A stretch of 64,000 bases of DNA, from assembly GCA_003354135.1 (NCBI GenBank), contig PIVK01000006.1:7743-71742 (forward strand). Direction: 5' to 3'. This document shows positions 39,867 to 47,899 of this stretch, piece by piece (within the stretch, counting starts at the first letter, position 1; each line of letters opens with the position of its first letter). The stretch is from Rhodospirillales bacterium (GTDB lineage: Bacteria; Pseudomonadota; Alphaproteobacteria; Rhodospirillales; GLO-3). A model generated the notes under the pieces. That model did not search any database and had not been told where the DNA came from. It saw nothing but the letters and a program-made list of their open reading frames with translations. Both the position numbers and the translations under genes were made by a program.

Positions 39867-41009
39867 ATGTTCCGGCTCACCCAGCTTCTCAACGAGTTCG
39901 ACCACCCCACCGAGCCCCGGCCGTACCGCGACCCGCCCGGCCCCGTCGTGGTGTGGAACCTGATCCGGCGCTGCAACCTTAGCTGCAAGCATTGTTATGC
40001 GTCCGCCTCCGAAAAGGACTTCAAGGGCGAGCTGACGACCCCCGAGATCTACGATGTCATGGACGACCTCCGGGCCTTTAGGGTGCCGGTCCTGATTCTG
40101 TCGGGCGGCGAGCCGCTATTGCATCCGGACATCATCGACATTTCCAAGCGGGCCAAACGAATGGGCTTCTACGTCGCGCTCAGTTCCAACGGCATACTGG
40201 TCTCTGACGACAATGTGGATGCCATTGCCGAGGTCGATTACGACTACGTGGGGATTTCCATCGACGGCATTGGTGCGACGCACGACAAATTCCGTGGCCA
40301 GGACGGTTCTTACGAGGCGGCGATGCAGGGCATCCGACTGTGCCGCGACGCGGGCCTCAAGGTGGGGCTGCGCTTCACCATGACCCAGGACAACGCGCAC
40401 GAATTGCCGCAGATCCTCGACCTTCTGGAGAGCGAGAGGATCGACAAGTTTTACCTCTCGCATCTCAACTATGCCGGCCGCGGCAACGCCAACCGCGAGG
40501 ACGACGCCTATTTCACCATCACGCGCGACGCCATGGACCTGTTGTTCGAGCGCTGTCTTGATTTCATGGCCAAGGGGGATGCGAAGGAATTCGTTACCGG
40601 GAACAATGACGCCGACGGCGTCTACCTTCTGCACTGGGTCAATAAACACCGCCCCGACAAGGCCGGCCATATGCAGGCCAAGCTGGAACAGTGGGGCGGC
40701 AACGCGACCGGAGTCAACGTCGCCAACATCGACAACCTGGGGAACGTCCACCCGGACACCATGTGGTGGCACCATATCCTCGGCAACGTAAAGGAGCGTC
40801 CCTTTTCCGAGATTTGGATGGACACGTCGGCGCCTTTAATGGCGGGATTGAAACGGCGTCCACGCAGGATCGCCGGACGCTGTGGGGCCTGCCGCCATTT
40901 CGCCATATGCAACGGAAACACCCGGGTCCGCGCCGAGAGGATGTCGGGCGACCCTTGGGCCGAGGACCCGGGGTGCTACCTCAGCGACGCCGAGATCGGG
41001 CTCGGGTAA
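39867..41009 (+). CDS. nirJ: radical SAM heme d1 biosynthesis protein NirJ
   Basis: CNLSCKHCY radical-SAM cluster motif and a C-terminal Cys-rich auxiliary cluster region (CGACRHFAICNG). Confidence 0.9.
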   Translation: MFRLTQLLNEFDHPTEPRPYRDPPGPVVVWNLIRRCNLSCKHCYASASEKDFKGELTTPEIYDVMDDLRAFRVPVLILSGGEPLLHPDIIDISKRAKRMGFYVALSSNGILVSDDNVDAIAEVDYDYVGISIDGIGATHDKFRGQDGSYEAAMQGIRLCRDAGLKVGLRFTMTQDNAHELPQILDLLESERIDKFYLSHLNYAGRGNANREDDAYFTITRDAMDLLFERCLDFMAKGDAKEFVTGNNDADGVYLLHWVNKHRPDKAGHMQAKLEQWGGNATGVNVANIDNLGNVHPDTMWWHHILGNVKERPFSEIWMDTSAPLMAGLKRRPRRIAGRCGACRHFAICNGNTRVRAERMSGDPWAEDPGCYLSDAEIGLG

Positions 41010-41025
41010 GGAAAGGTTTTCCATC

Positions 41026-42603
41026 ATGATGAAATCGGCCCTTGTCTTCGTTTTCGTGCTTATTGCGGCCTCGGCCGCCTCGGCGGAAGAGATCCACGCC
41101 AAAGCGCTGTATTACGCGCACTGCGCCGCCTGCCACGGCGCCAACCGCTTGGGCGGCATCGGCCCGGCGCTGCTGCCCCAGAACCTGAAGAAGTTGCGCA
41201 AGAAGAAAGCCTTCCAGGTTATCAGCGAGGGCCGCCCGGCGACCCAGATGGAAGGCGTCGGCGACACGCTCTCCAAGACGCAGATCCAGGCCCTGGTTGA
41301 CTACGTCTACTCGCCCTTGGGCTACGTGCCCCACTGGGGCAAGAAGGAGATGATGAAAAGCTGGACCGTGCATACCGAAATGCACGAATTGCCCGAAAAA
41401 CCCCAGTTCGATGCCGATCCCTTGAACCTGTTTACCGTCGTGGAGACCGGTGACCACCACGTGACCATCCTGGATGGCGACAAGTTCGAGCCCCTGTGGC
41501 GGTTCCGGAGCCGTTTCGCCCTCCATGGCGGGGCCAAATACTCTCCCGACGGGCGTTTCGTCTATCTGGCGTCCCGCGACGGCTGGGTGTCCAAGTACGA
41601 CCTCTACAGCCTCCAACCCTTGTATGAGATCCGTGCCGGCATCAACACCCGCAACATCGCCGTCTCATCCGACGGCAAATGGGTCATCGCGGCCAACTAC
41701 CTGCCCCACAGTCTGGTGGTGTTGAACGCGCATGACCTGACGCCCTTCAAGATCATCAAAGCCGACAACCGCAAGGGCGAGACCTCGCGCGTGGCGGCGG
41801 TCTACAACGCCCCGCCGCGCCGGTCCTTCATCGCCGCGTTGGCCGACTTCAAAGAAATCTGGGAGATGTCCTACGACCCGGAGGCGGCTCCGGTCTATGT
41901 GGGATTCTCCCACAACTTCAGGAAAGGCCAGGAGGAAGGCATCGTCGAGGAGGAGCAGCCTTTCGCGCGCAGGCGGATCAAGATCGAAGAGAACATGCGC
42001 GATTTCTATTTCGACCCCTATTACGCCGAGGTCATGGGCGCGTCCCGTGGCGGCAAGGGCGGCATGGTCTACAACCTGGATGCGCGCAAGAAAGTCGCCG
42101 AACTGGACCTCGAAGGCATGCCGCACCTAGGCAGTGGAATCGTCTTCGACTACGAAGGCCGGCCCGTCATGGCGACGCCGCATCTCAAGGGCGACATGAA
42201 GAAGGGCAAGGGCACGGTCAGCGTCATCGATATGGAGACCTGGAAAACGGTGAAGAAGATCGAGACCAAGGGTCCGGGCTTCTTCATGCGTAGCCACGAG
42301 CAGACGCCCTATGCCTGGGTGGATGTTTTCTTCGGCCCCCACAAGGACATCCTGCACGTCATCGACAAGAAGACCCTGAAGATCGTCAAGGACATCAACC
42401 CGGAACCCGGCAAGGTCAACGCCCATGTGGAATTCACCCGCGACGGGAAATACGCGCTGGTCAGCGTCTGGGACATGGACGGCGCGCTGGTGATCTACGA
42501 CGCGACAACGCTGGAAGAGGTCAAGCGCCTGCCGATGAAGAAGCCGTCCGGCAAGTACAACGTCCACAACAAGATCACGTATTCCAAGGGAACCAGCCAC
42601 TGA
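41026..42603 (+). CDS. nirN: cytochrome cd1-like dihydro-heme d1 dehydrogenase NirN
   Basis: ATG 41026 (MMKSALVFVFVLIAASAASA signal), heme c CAACHG, d1-type propeller paralogous to NirS. Last gene of the operon. Confidence 0.88.
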   Translation: MMKSALVFVFVLIAASAASAEEIHAKALYYAHCAACHGANRLGGIGPALLPQNLKKLRKKKAFQVISEGRPATQMEGVGDTLSKTQIQALVDYVYSPLGYVPHWGKKEMMKSWTVHTEMHELPEKPQFDADPLNLFTVVETGDHHVTILDGDKFEPLWRFRSRFALHGGAKYSPDGRFVYLASRDGWVSKYDLYSLQPLYEIRAGINTRNIAVSSDGKWVIAANYLPHSLVVLNAHDLTPFKIIKADNRKGETSRVAAVYNAPPRRSFIAALADFKEIWEMSYDPEAAPVYVGFSHNFRKGQEEGIVEEEQPFARRRIKIEENMRDFYFDPYYAEVMGASRGGKGGMVYNLDARKKVAELDLEGMPHLGSGIVFDYEGRPVMATPHLKGDMKKGKGTVSVIDMETWKTVKKIETKGPGFFMRSHEQTPYAWVDVFFGPHKDILHVIDKKTLKIVKDINPEPGKVNAHVEFTRDGKYALVSVWDMDGALVIYDATTLEEVKRLPMKKPSGKYNVHNKITYSKGTSH

Positions 42604-42650
42604 GTGCGCTATATTCGTGAGACAAGGGGTTCCGCAGAGAAAGGTCGATC

Positions 42651-43271
42651 ATGGCACATGACACCCGGCGTGAGCACTGGGAAGGGGTCTACGGCTCAAA
42701 GCTTCCCAACTCGGTAAGCTGGTTCCAGGAAAAGCCGCGCACTTCGCTCGACATGATCTTCGCCACGGGCATTCCCAAGAATTCCTGGGTTGTCGACGTG
42801 GGCGGCGGGACCTCGACGCTGGCCGATCATTTGTGGGGACAGGGATACCGCAACTTGACGGTGCTCGACCTCTCCTCCCACGCGCTCGATCACGCCAAAG
42901 CGCGGCTGGGCCATCAGGCCCAAGAGGTGGAATGGGTGGCCGGCGACGTGACCCTGTGGGAGCCACCGCGCACCTACACCTTATGGCACGACCGGGCAGT
43001 GTTCCATTTCCTGACCGAGGAAACGGCTCGCCGGGCTTACATGGAGGTTCTGCGTCGTACGTTGGAACCCGAGGGTCACGTTATCTTGGCCACCTTCGCG
43101 CTCGACGGCCCCGAGATATGCAGCGGCCTGCCGGTTAGGCGCTATGATGCCGAGGGACTGGCGGCGGAATTGGGCGCGGATTTCGTCCTCCAGGATACGA
43201 CACCCGAAAGTCACGTCACGCCGGTCGGAAAGACCCAAAAGTTCGTCTACTGCCGCTTCCGGCGGCAGTGA
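42651..43271 (+). CDS. class I SAM-dependent methyltransferase
   Basis: Motif I VVDVGGGTSTLAD. Not a uroporphyrinogen-III methyltransferase (NirE/CobA) fold. Confidence 0.75.
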   Translation: MAHDTRREHWEGVYGSKLPNSVSWFQEKPRTSLDMIFATGIPKNSWVVDVGGGTSTLADHLWGQGYRNLTVLDLSSHALDHAKARLGHQAQEVEWVAGDVTLWEPPRTYTLWHDRAVFHFLTEETARRAYMEVLRRTLEPEGHVILATFALDGPEICSGLPVRRYDAEGLAAELGADFVLQDTTPESHVTPVGKTQKFVYCRFRRQ

Positions 43272-43297
43272 TCAGGGCTCAAGACAAAACGACCGCT

Positions 43298-43437
43298 CCG
43301 GATTGCGCTGGATTTTTGCTCGTCCGCAACGCGGCGGACGGCGGTACACAACCCTTGCCGCAACGCGGCGGACGGCGGTACACAACCCTTGCCGCAACGC
43401 GGCGGACGGACAAAAAGACAAGCCGGGCGGAGTGGTT
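43298..43437 (+). repeat. REP-like element, expanded copy with a 34-nt unit present 2.5 times
   Basis: Both ends match the reverse complement of 10905..10976. Internal units ccgcaacgcggcggacggcggtacacaacccttg lie at 43324-43357 and 43358-43391, with a partial third at 43392-43409. Sits between convergent gene ends. Confidence 0.9.
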
Positions 43438-43442
43438 GTTTT

Positions 43443-44252
43443 TTAGTCGTCAAGGGCCTCGATCTGTTCGGGATGCGTCGCCTCGATCATCGGGCCATTG
43501 CGTTTGCGCAGCCAGCCGCGTACGCGGATGCGCCGACTCTCCCACGCCAGGGGGTCGACACCGGCGGTCGCGAAGACCTTCGCCGCCTTCGGGCCGATGG
43601 TGATCGTGAAGTCACTTCGCCATCGCGGCCCGAAGTTCAGATAGACCCGGTTCTTTACCCGGGCGGCGTCGATCACCGCGCCCTCGATGACCAGGAACGT
43701 GCCCGCTTCTCCGGCAAGTCCCCTTTCATCCGCGGCGTGGCGGACCCGATAAAAGGGATGCCCCCAGATCCCCCGTTTCGCGCTCCTGGCACTGCCTTCA
43801 AGCCGGAGCATGGGTGCGGCGAGCGCCCGGTTGTCGGGAAAGGTATAGACCCGGGCCATGCCCGACTTCAGCATCTCCCCCTGAACCCAGGTGCCTCCGT
43901 CCAGCGCCAGGTGGGCCAGCAGACGGCCGTACCGGTCCATGCGCTGCCCACCGAAACCGAGCCGAACCGCCTTTCCCAGGACCAGAGCTTCAAGGGCCGA
44001 CTTGGACTCCTTGGCCAGCGGCCATTCGACAAACCCTTTGCGGCCCAAAGGCAGTTTCGGAGCCTGCAGACCGACAAGCCGCACCTGCTTCTTGCCGAGC
44101 ACCGGCCGGTCCAGGACCACGGTATCGCCGTCCACGACCGCGCGGACGGTCGCCTCCCCCTCGAAATTCAGATCCTGCTGCCAGCCGGCCCCGTACGCAG
44201 CGAAGGGCGCGAGGAAAACCAGAACCAGAAAATGACGAAGTCCGCATGTCAT
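43443..44252 (-). CDS. thermonuclease (SNase-like) family protein, secreted
   Basis: DGDTVVL...VRLVGLQAPK...DRYGRLLAHL...GMARVY are SNase motifs. ATG 44252 gives a signal-like N-terminus; the track ORF uses GTG 44270. Confidence 0.8.
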   Translation of the reverse strand: MTCGLRHFLVLVFLAPFAAYGAGWQQDLNFEGEATVRAVVDGDTVVLDRPVLGKKQVRLVGLQAPKLPLGRKGFVEWPLAKESKSALEALVLGKAVRLGFGGQRMDRYGRLLAHLALDGGTWVQGEMLKSGMARVYTFPDNRALAAPMLRLEGSARSAKRGIWGHPFYRVRHAADERGLAGEAGTFLVIEGAVIDAARVKNRVYLNFGPRWRSDFTITIGPKAAKVFATAGVDPLAWESRRIRVRGWLRKRNGPMIEATHPEQIEALDD

Positions 44253-44338
44253 GGCCAAAAGAATGGCCACGGCCGGGCGGTTCCGTCCAGCCCCCTTTTG
44301 GCTGCGTTTTCCGGATGCGGTTCCCTATAATTGAAGCC

Positions 44339-45331
44339 ATGGACCTCACAATCGACCAATTCGACCTCTATCCCTTGGTCGAGCCCTTCCAGACCGGGCG
44401 CCTCGATCTCGACGGGCGCCACGTCATGTATTGGGAGCAATCCGGCAACCCCCAGGGGCAGCCGGTTGTTTTTGTCCACGGTGGCCCGGGCGCGGGGGCC
44501 GGTCCCAATCACCGCCGGTTCTTCGATCCCGGACATTACCGCGTCATCGTCTTCGACCAGCGCGGGGCCGGCCGATCGACCCCTTTTGCCGAGACGGAGG
44601 ACAACACGACCGCGCATTTGGTGGCCGATATGGAACACCTGCGCCGGCATTTGGGCATCGAGTGTTGGATGCTCTTCGGCGGTTCCTGGGGGGCGTCGCT
44701 GGCCCTGGCCTATGCCATCGCCCACCCGGATCGCTGTTCCGCCCTGGTCCTCAGAGGGATATTCCTGTGCCGGCAGCGCGAGGTCGACTGGTTTCTTTAC
44801 GGAATGCGCACCATCTTCCCCGAGGCATGGCAAGACTTTGCCGGTTTCCTGCCCGAGCCCGAGCGGGATGACCTGTTGGAAGCGTACTGGCGGCGCCTGA
44901 TCTCTCCCGACCCGGAAATCCATCTTCCCGCGGCCCGTGCCTGGAGCCGCTACGAGATCCGGTGTTCGACCCTTCTGTCCCCGCCGCCCGATATCCTGCG
45001 GGTCTACGAAAGCAAAAACGTCTTGGCGCTGGCTCGTTTAGAGGCCCATTACTTCCGTCATGTCATGTTCATGGAGGAAGACTACCTGCTGAAAGGGGTC
45101 GGGAAGCTCGCCGCGATTCCCGCGGCCATCGTGCAAGGCCGCTACGATATCATCTGTCCCATCGTCAACGCCGACGAACTCGTGCGGGCATGGCCGGGGG
45201 TTGATTACGTGGTCGTACCGGATGCCGGCCATTCCGTGATGGAACCGGCAATATGCCGCGCCTTGGTGGCGGCGACCAACCGGGTCAGGGAACACGCCGT
45301 CACCCCTGGTTGTTTTGTCACGAGCCCTTAA
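44339..45331 (+). CDS. pip: prolyl aminopeptidase (proline iminopeptidase)
   Basis: YWEQSGNPQGQPVVFVHGGPGAG, nucleophile elbow GGSWGASLAL, and C-terminal PDAGHS. An alternative in-frame ATG lies at 44315. Confidence 0.88.
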   Translation: MDLTIDQFDLYPLVEPFQTGRLDLDGRHVMYWEQSGNPQGQPVVFVHGGPGAGAGPNHRRFFDPGHYRVIVFDQRGAGRSTPFAETEDNTTAHLVADMEHLRRHLGIECWMLFGGSWGASLALAYAIAHPDRCSALVLRGIFLCRQREVDWFLYGMRTIFPEAWQDFAGFLPEPERDDLLEAYWRRLISPDPEIHLPAARAWSRYEIRCSTLLSPPPDILRVYESKNVLALARLEAHYFRHVMFMEEDYLLKGVGKLAAIPAAIVQGRYDIICPIVNADELVRAWPGVDYVVVPDAGHSVMEPAICRALVAATNRVREHAVTPGCFVTSP

Positions 45332-45403
45332 CGCCGGTTCCCTTGAATTTCGGGCGTTTCCACGTATGATGCGGGCCTCGGGGATGATCAAAGGGGCAGG
45401 GCC

Positions 45404-45925
45404 ATGTCAGGCCGCATGTTGACGACCTTGATGGCACTGGGTTTGGGCCTATGTGTCTCGGGTGGGGCGAAGGCCGACGATCCGGATTTCCTTTCGATCT
45501 CCGCCGGCTGGTTCGACTTCAACCGCCAGAAGGACCCCGGTGCCGAGTTCCGGATCGAGTATCGCTCCGATTACAAGGTCCCCTACGTTCAGTTCAAACC
45601 CTTCTTGGCGGCGGGCGGCGCCACCAGCGGCCACGGTTTCATCGGCGCCGGGGTGTTGTGGGATATCTATTTAGGCCGCCGCGTCGTGATGACGCCGAGT
45701 TTCGCCCCCCACTACTACATCGGTGGCGACGACGACCTGGACCTGGGCCATAAACTGGAATTCCGCTCCCAGCTGGAAGTGGCCTACAGGTTCGACGATC
45801 GGTCGCGCCTGGGACTCGCCGTCTCACACTATTCCAACGCCTCGATCGGCGACAAGAATCCCGGGACCGAGACCCTGTCGCTTTACTACTCGATGCCGCT
45901 GGACAAACTGGGAAAGTGGTTCTAG
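45404..45925 (+). CDS. acyloxyacyl hydrolase / lipid A 3-O-deacylase (PagL-like) outer-membrane protein
   Basis: Signal peptide, beta-barrel-like alternation, and the HYSNASIGDKNPGTETLSLYY motif (His-Ser catalytic region of PagL-like proteins). Confidence 0.75.
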   Translation: MSGRMLTTLMALGLGLCVSGGAKADDPDFLSISAGWFDFNRQKDPGAEFRIEYRSDYKVPYVQFKPFLAAGGATSGHGFIGAGVLWDIYLGRRVVMTPSFAPHYYIGGDDDLDLGHKLEFRSQLEVAYRFDDRSRLGLAVSHYSNASIGDKNPGTETLSLYYSMPLDKLGKWF

Positions 45926-45988
45926 ACCCCCTTTCTTTGATTGCGGGAACAGGCTAAACCTTTTGGGGTATGACTGCTTGCCAGTCCC

Positions 45989-46065
45989 GCGCCCGTAGCT
46001 CAGTCGGATAGAGCACCAGATTCCTAATCTGGGGGTCACAGGTTCGAGTCCTGTCGGGCGCACCA
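45989..46065 (+). tRNA. tRNA-Arg (anticodon CCU), CCA encoded
   Basis: Acceptor gcgcccg/cgggcgc, D arm gctc-agtcggata-gagc, anticodon arm ccaga-ttCCTaa-tctgg, T arm acagg-ttcgagt-cctgt, then A-CCA. Confidence 0.93.
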
Positions 46066-46159
46066 TTTTTTCTATGAAATTTAGGTCAGGCTTTAGCCGA
46101 AATCATAACAACCGATAGGTCTTCACCAAACCAACCCCTCCAACTTGGAGAAACGCGTA

Positions 46160-46888
46160 TCACAATTTAGTTAACCGGCGACACTTGAAAGTTACGATTG
46201 GCGGAACGTGCCAACATTCTTTTAGTCGATCAGAACTATTATCCGCCACTATCGGGGTAGGCTCACATAGATCAAGAATTTCGAACTTGGAACTTCGAAG
46301 GCTAGAAAAAATCGTCGAAAGAGTACGGTGGTAATTATGTGTCTCACAATCCAACCACGTGAAGACCCTTTTACTCTCTTCGAAATATCGTTTTACCAAC
46401 CAATCGTTGGAATTAATCCCATTTGATACTTCTGGATTGCTCGTTCGAACTGGATGTCTCTGAGAAAAAACAAAAACTCCCCCCTCTACCAGCCGTTCAT
46501 AAACGCCGTTAAAAAAGCTTTCAATATCCTCAACGAAATGGGCGGCAAGAGAGCTGACAATTATGTCATATGTGGGATGTTTTTCCACATCATTTAATTT
46601 TTTGCTTATTAAGCAGTTCGAAAGTTCTGGGTGGCGCCTTATCGCCTCCGTCACCATATCTGACGAAATATCAATTCCAAGGAAATCTTCTGCATCCTTA
46701 CTCAATACAATCGAAAGGTCGCCCAAACCGCACCCAATTTCCAAAACACGAAGACCTCGAAGGTCGCCAAGCAGAGCAAGAATCTGAGGTTCATCCACAC
46801 ACCGGTTCACGCTATCAGGCGCATCCCTCCGTTCCGCGAACTTTGCTATAAAGTCTTTGTCATTGAACAATCGTGTTTTGTCAGACAT
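46160..46888 (-). CDS. class I SAM-dependent methyltransferase (islet-encoded)
   Basis: ATG 46888 (MSDKTRLFNDKDF...); the track start 46909 is TTG. Motif I VLEIGCGLGDL. No DPPY/NPPY-type DNA-MTase motif seen. Confidence 0.75.
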   Translation of the reverse strand: MSDKTRLFNDKDFIAKFAERRDAPDSVNRCVDEPQILALLGDLRGLRVLEIGCGLGDLSIVLSKDAEDFLGIDISSDMVTEAIRRHPELSNCLISKKLNDVEKHPTYDIIVSSLAAHFVEDIESFFNGVYERLVEGGVFVFSQRHPVRTSNPEVSNGINSNDWLVKRYFEESKRVFTWLDCETHNYHRTLSTIFSSLRSSKFEILDLCEPTPIVADNSSDRLKECWHVPPIVTFKCRRLTKL

Positions 46889-46936
46889 CTGGATTGTCAC
46901 TTGCTGCAAACCCCTTTTCTCTTTTAAGGTAGGCGC

Positions 46937-47899
46937 ATGCCGGATACGTACATAGATTTAGCCGTTAAAGCACTTCGCTACCATAAAGCGCCCCTTAGCG
47001 CTAAAGAAATCATGAAAATAGCGGATGAAATTGGGGCTATTCCACCACACACGCATGGCAAGACCCAACACAAAACCCTTCAAGCACGATTGAGCGAGCA
47101 CATTCTTAGGGATCGTGAAAATTCTCTAGTATATCGAGTAAGTCCAGGAAGGTTTTTTCTTCGTGAATTTATGCTTGAAACATCAATAGATGACAAATTC
47201 AAGATTGAATTCCACGCCCGCAGAAGAAAAAAGGATTTAACCAATGAGAACGTATTAGTCTTGCCGGCAAAACCGCTGAAAGAGGCCGGAGTATACGGAT
47301 ACATAGACGATACAAACCAAATTATTTCTCTCCTAAAGAAGGCCAAATCAATATACAAACCCCGCAAAAATGCCGAAACCGATTTCAACTGCAAGCAAAT
47401 TATTACCTATGTTTTAGTCGCTAAAGGAAGTAAAATCCTAAGCTATCGTCGCGGGAAATTCTCAAATGCTGGCCAAGAGATATTAGGCGCAAGAAGCGTC
47501 GGGTTTGGTGGTCATGTATCCGATACAGATGCTGATTTTCTCGATCAGGAGACATTTGGGATTAGAAACAATGCGTCGCGAGAACTCCTTGAGGAATTAT
47601 GGTTAGAACGCGAAGAACAAATGAACCTACAAAAATCAAAGTCTCTAAGGCTTTTCTCATTCATAAATGTTGATGACACAGAAGAAGCAAAGAAACATAT
47701 TGCAGCGATCTTGCTCTACTATTGCACTCCCAAGTTCGAACCCAAGAAAGGGGAGCTTTCCATCAACGACCTAAATTGGCTAGACATAACTCATAGGCCA
47801 AACAATCTCGATGATTTTGAGTTATGGTCGAGAATTATCATAAATAAGTTGAGAGATCCAAAATTTAGAAAGCATTTTGGGGGGTTAAAAGCCGGTTGA
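46937..47899 (+). CDS. HARE-HTH (winged-helix) domain fused to a divergent Nudix-like hydrolase domain
   Basis: RBS AAGGTAGG. The N-terminus YIDLAVKALRYHKAPLSAKEIMKIADEIG...GKTQHKTLQARLSEHI...VYRVSPGRFFLREF matches the HARE-HTH pattern. The C-terminal half has VLVAKGSKILSYRR...GFGGHV...(insert)...RELLEELWL, a Nudix-box-like REUxEE with longer spacing. Confidence 0.65.
   Translation: MPDTYIDLAVKALRYHKAPLSAKEIMKIADEIGAIPPHTHGKTQHKTLQARLSEHILRDRENSLVYRVSPGRFFLREFMLETSIDDKFKIEFHARRRKKDLTNENVLVLPAKPLKEAGVYGYIDDTNQIISLLKKAKSIYKPRKNAETDFNCKQIITYVLVAKGSKILSYRRGKFSNAGQEILGARSVGFGGHVSDTDADFLDQETFGIRNNASRELLEELWLEREEQMNLQKSKSLRLFSFINVDDTEEAKKHIAAILLYYCTPKFEPKKGELSINDLNWLDITHRPNNLDDFELWSRIIINKLRDPKFRKHFGGLKAG

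Noticed and set aside
42651-43271. The methyltransferase right after nirN as the missing nirE (uroporphyrinogen-III C-methyltransferase).
   Set aside because: It has a Rossmann-type class I MTase motif (VVDVGGGTS) and about 200 aa. That differs from the tetrapyrrole methylase (CobA/CysG/NirE) fold and its N-terminal GAGPGDP-type motif.
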